This document shows, piece by piece, positions 23,011-24,859 of a stretch of DNA of 24,859 bases. A model generated the notes under the pieces. That model was given only the letters and a program-made list of their open reading frames with translations. It was not told the DNA's origin and did no database searches. The translations under genes and the position numbers were made by a program. Numbering within the stretch: the stretch's first letter is position 1; every line of letters starts with the position of its first letter. This DNA comes from a virus (taxonomy: Duplodnaviria > Caudoviricetes), in the IMG/VR virus record IMGVR_UViG_3300042924_005688, positions 1 through 24,859 of that record; one strand, written 5' to 3'.

Positions 23011-24063
23011 GTGTTCCTTGGTAACCTGGGCGGTACTTTTGCCGGCGATGTAACAAGCCTTACGCGGCTTGCTACTTCTGGTGAATTTGCCGCCTACCTT
23101 CAAGAAGAGATTTTTAACAAGTCCATGATGGTTCGCTCTGGCATTTTGGCCAGAAGCAACCAGCTCCTCACCTCCACTACCGGCGTTCGGGTCGAAGCGC
23201 CGTTTTTCCGACCGATTGACCCGGTGGAAGAGAGGATGGATTCCGGCCGTGAGTGGGGCGATTCTGGCGAAGGCCATTTCACCTTCCAAGGCATCACCAG
23301 CGCTACTCAGTACGCCACTATCACCCACCGTGGCTTTGCTTACGCTGTTGACAAGCTCTCGAAGCTGGCCAGCGGCGAAGATCCTTTGCAGGTACTTACG
23401 AGTCAGCTTGAGCCGGCGCTCAACAAGATCAAGACCCGCAAAATGATTGCGCAACTTGAGGGCTTGCTTGGCACTGGCGGCCCGCTTAATGCCACCAATA
23501 ACGTAAACAAGTCTGTTACCACTGGCTCTACCATTGCCAACTGGTTGACGGCTGAAAACGTTATCGAAGCTCGCTACAAGTTGGGCGAACGGCAGTCTGA
23601 GATTACTACTCTGTTCTGTCACTCTCTTGTTCAAGCCTATCTTGAGCAAGTAGGCTTCTTGACCTATGATGCTGACCGCAGGGGCATTAACACGCGCTTG
23701 CTGATTGGTAGCGCTTTTAACGTTAAGGTCGTGGTTGATGACCAACTTCCGATCATTGGCACCAGCGGCCAACAGCGGCAGTTTGTTAGCTACCTTTGTG
23801 GCGATGGCGTCATGCTTGAGGGCGAACAAACTCCCCTTGAGATCGAGACGGTTCGCAATGCACCATCCAAGCAAGATGGCATTATTGTGGACTACCATCA
23901 CAGCTTCCACGTTCCTGGCACTACCTTGTCTGGTACTGCTGTTGACAACCCAACCAACGCTCAGCTAGCTACCGGCTCTCAGCACGCGCTTGCTTACAAC
24001 GATGCGCGACTGATCCCGCTGGTCCGGTTGGTGACAAACAGCCCCTACGGTGGTACGATCTGA
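23011..24063 (+). CDS. Major capsid protein
   Basis: 350 aa, GTG start; SG+L, PFF.P, HRGFAYAVD.L..LA.GEDP, VVVDD, NPTNAQLAT..; followed by a strong terminator. Confidence 0.9.
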   Translation: MFLGNLGGTFAGDVTSLTRLATSGEFAAYLQEEIFNKSMMVRSGILARSNQLLTSTTGVRVEAPFFRPIDPVEERMDSGREWGDSGEGHFTFQGITSATQYATITHRGFAYAVDKLSKLASGEDPLQVLTSQLEPALNKIKTRKMIAQLEGLLGTGGPLNATNNVNKSVTTGSTIANWLTAENVIEARYKLGERQSEITTLFCHSLVQAYLEQVGFLTYDADRRGINTRLLIGSAFNVKVVVDDQLPIIGTSGQQRQFVSYLCGDGVMLEGEQTPLEIETVRNAPSKQDGIIVDYHHSFHVPGTTLSGTAVDNPTNAQLATGSQHALAYNDARLIPLVRLVTNSPYGGTI

Positions 24064-24088
24064 TCGGTTTACTCCGCGTTGGACACAC

Positions 24089-24124
24089 AGCCCCCCAGGA
24101 GGTCAGATGCCTGGGGGGCTTTTT
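24089..24124 (+). terminator. Intrinsic terminator after capsid gene
   Basis: AGCCCCCCAGG-N10-CCTGGGGGGCT-TTTT. Confidence 0.85.
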
Positions 24125-24172
24125 CATGGCCCGACCTGAGCTATGATCGAGGCTGGCCCGTACCGTCTCCCG

Positions 24173-24367
24173 ATGACACTGTTTAACTTTTACGAATACC
24201 GCAAGCCTTTCACGGTTGCCACTCTGCCCGCGAATCCCAGGACAGGCACGACCGTTAGGGTCAGCAACCTTACTTCCCCCACTGTGGGCTCTGCTCCCGT
24301 GGCCGGTGGTAGCGCCAACGCGCTCTGCTGGTACAACGGCACTGCCTGGCGCGTGTACGCGGTGTGA
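24173..24367 (+). CDS. Small virion protein (decoration/fibre-like, 64 aa)
   Basis: TVATLP...G..V.V....GG....WYNGTAW fibre-type module; TATGAT at 24142 suggests start at 24173. Confidence 0.6.
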   Translation: MTLFNFYEYRKPFTVATLPANPRTGTTVRVSNLTSPTVGSAPVAGGSANALCWYNGTAWRVYAV

Positions 24368-24859
24368 ACGCTTCCTGGTGGCCCTGGCATCGCCTTGCCA
24401 ATCCCTACTCCTACTCCACCGACAATGGCGAGCGTCCCTGCAACTGCACGCCCCCGGCGCTGGTCACGGTGGAACAGGCCGACGCCTACATGGGGGCCAC
24501 GCTCAAGGCGACCGCCTGGACCGCGCTCAACGCAACGCAAAGGGCGCAGGCTCTTAACTCTGCTCAAACTGCGCTGCGTACATTACGCTGGTGTACTGAT
24601 GAAGCGACTTGTTGCGGTAACAGCCTAACAGCGGGCTATCTTGCTGCTGCCTCAGAACTTGCCTTGGTGCTATTTAGCAACAGTACCGCAGTTATTGGCG
24701 CTTCTAGTCAACTGCCGGCACCAGTAGTTAAACGAGAAAAGTTCGACGTATTCGAGCAAGAATACTTTGCTCCCAGCACCATAGCACAGGTGCTGCCGAA
24801 GGACAAGCGTGTTGGCAGTTACTCGCCCACCGTGCTACGGCTTTACCCGTGGCTACTGG
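24364..24859 (+). CDS. Head-tail adaptor (DnaT-like family), partial
   Basis: Not in the track because no stop lies in the window. GTG overlaps the previous TGA; LVTVEQADAYM..W....RAQAL.SA..ASELAL..KREK...EY..YPWL. Confidence 0.75.
   Translation, partial: MNASWWPWHRLANPYSYSTDNGERPCNCTPPALVTVEQADAYMGATLKATAWTALNATQRAQALNSAQTALRTLRWCTDEATCCGNSLTAGYLAAASELALVLFSNSTAVIGASSQLPAPVVKREKFDVFEQEYFAPSTIAQVLPKDKRVGSYSPTVLRLYPWLL

Noticed and set aside
22909-23910. 333-aa minus-strand ORF (likewise 4613-5320)
   Set aside because: Antisense shadow of the capsid (and helicase) gene with no recognisable motifs.
1-24859. tRNA/rRNA genes, IS elements, integrase
   Set aside because: None recognised by eye; a tRNAscan/Rfam run would be needed to exclude small RNAs.

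Overview
A 24.9-kb slice of a tailed dsDNA phage genome (siphovirus-like head module). A cyanobacterial host is inferred from the cyanophage-type C39 peptidase, portal and TerS-like genes, A/C-rich leaders without Shine-Dalgarno sites, and HLR1-like boxes. Left part (1-5.6 kb): replication/recombination genes (Zn-finger TOPRIM primase on the minus strand running off the edge, RuvC-like resolvase, SF2 helicase). Middle part (5.6-16.5 kb): about 30 small co-directional genes split into units by nine copies of one composite element (18-bp box NTTACWRA-MT-GTTAAG, position-conserved hairpin, sigma70 -10). This region encodes a clear AcrIII-1/DUF1874 cA4 ring nuclease (anti-type III CRISPR), a truncated beta-clamp-like protein and membrane micro-proteins. 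It also has two interleaved identical repeats (82 and 325 bp) and a TerS-like gene surrounded by repeated putative binding sites. Right part: C39 peptidase, dCTP deaminase, dNMP-kinase-like and NrdR-Zn-ribbon genes, TerL (reverse strand), portal, scaffold, major capsid, small virion protein and a partial head-tail adaptor. The best candidate for an undescribed system is the modular anti-defence/host-takeover cassette array, possibly driven by host RpaB and shuffled by recombination. All family calls come from motif recognition by eye; no database searches were run.
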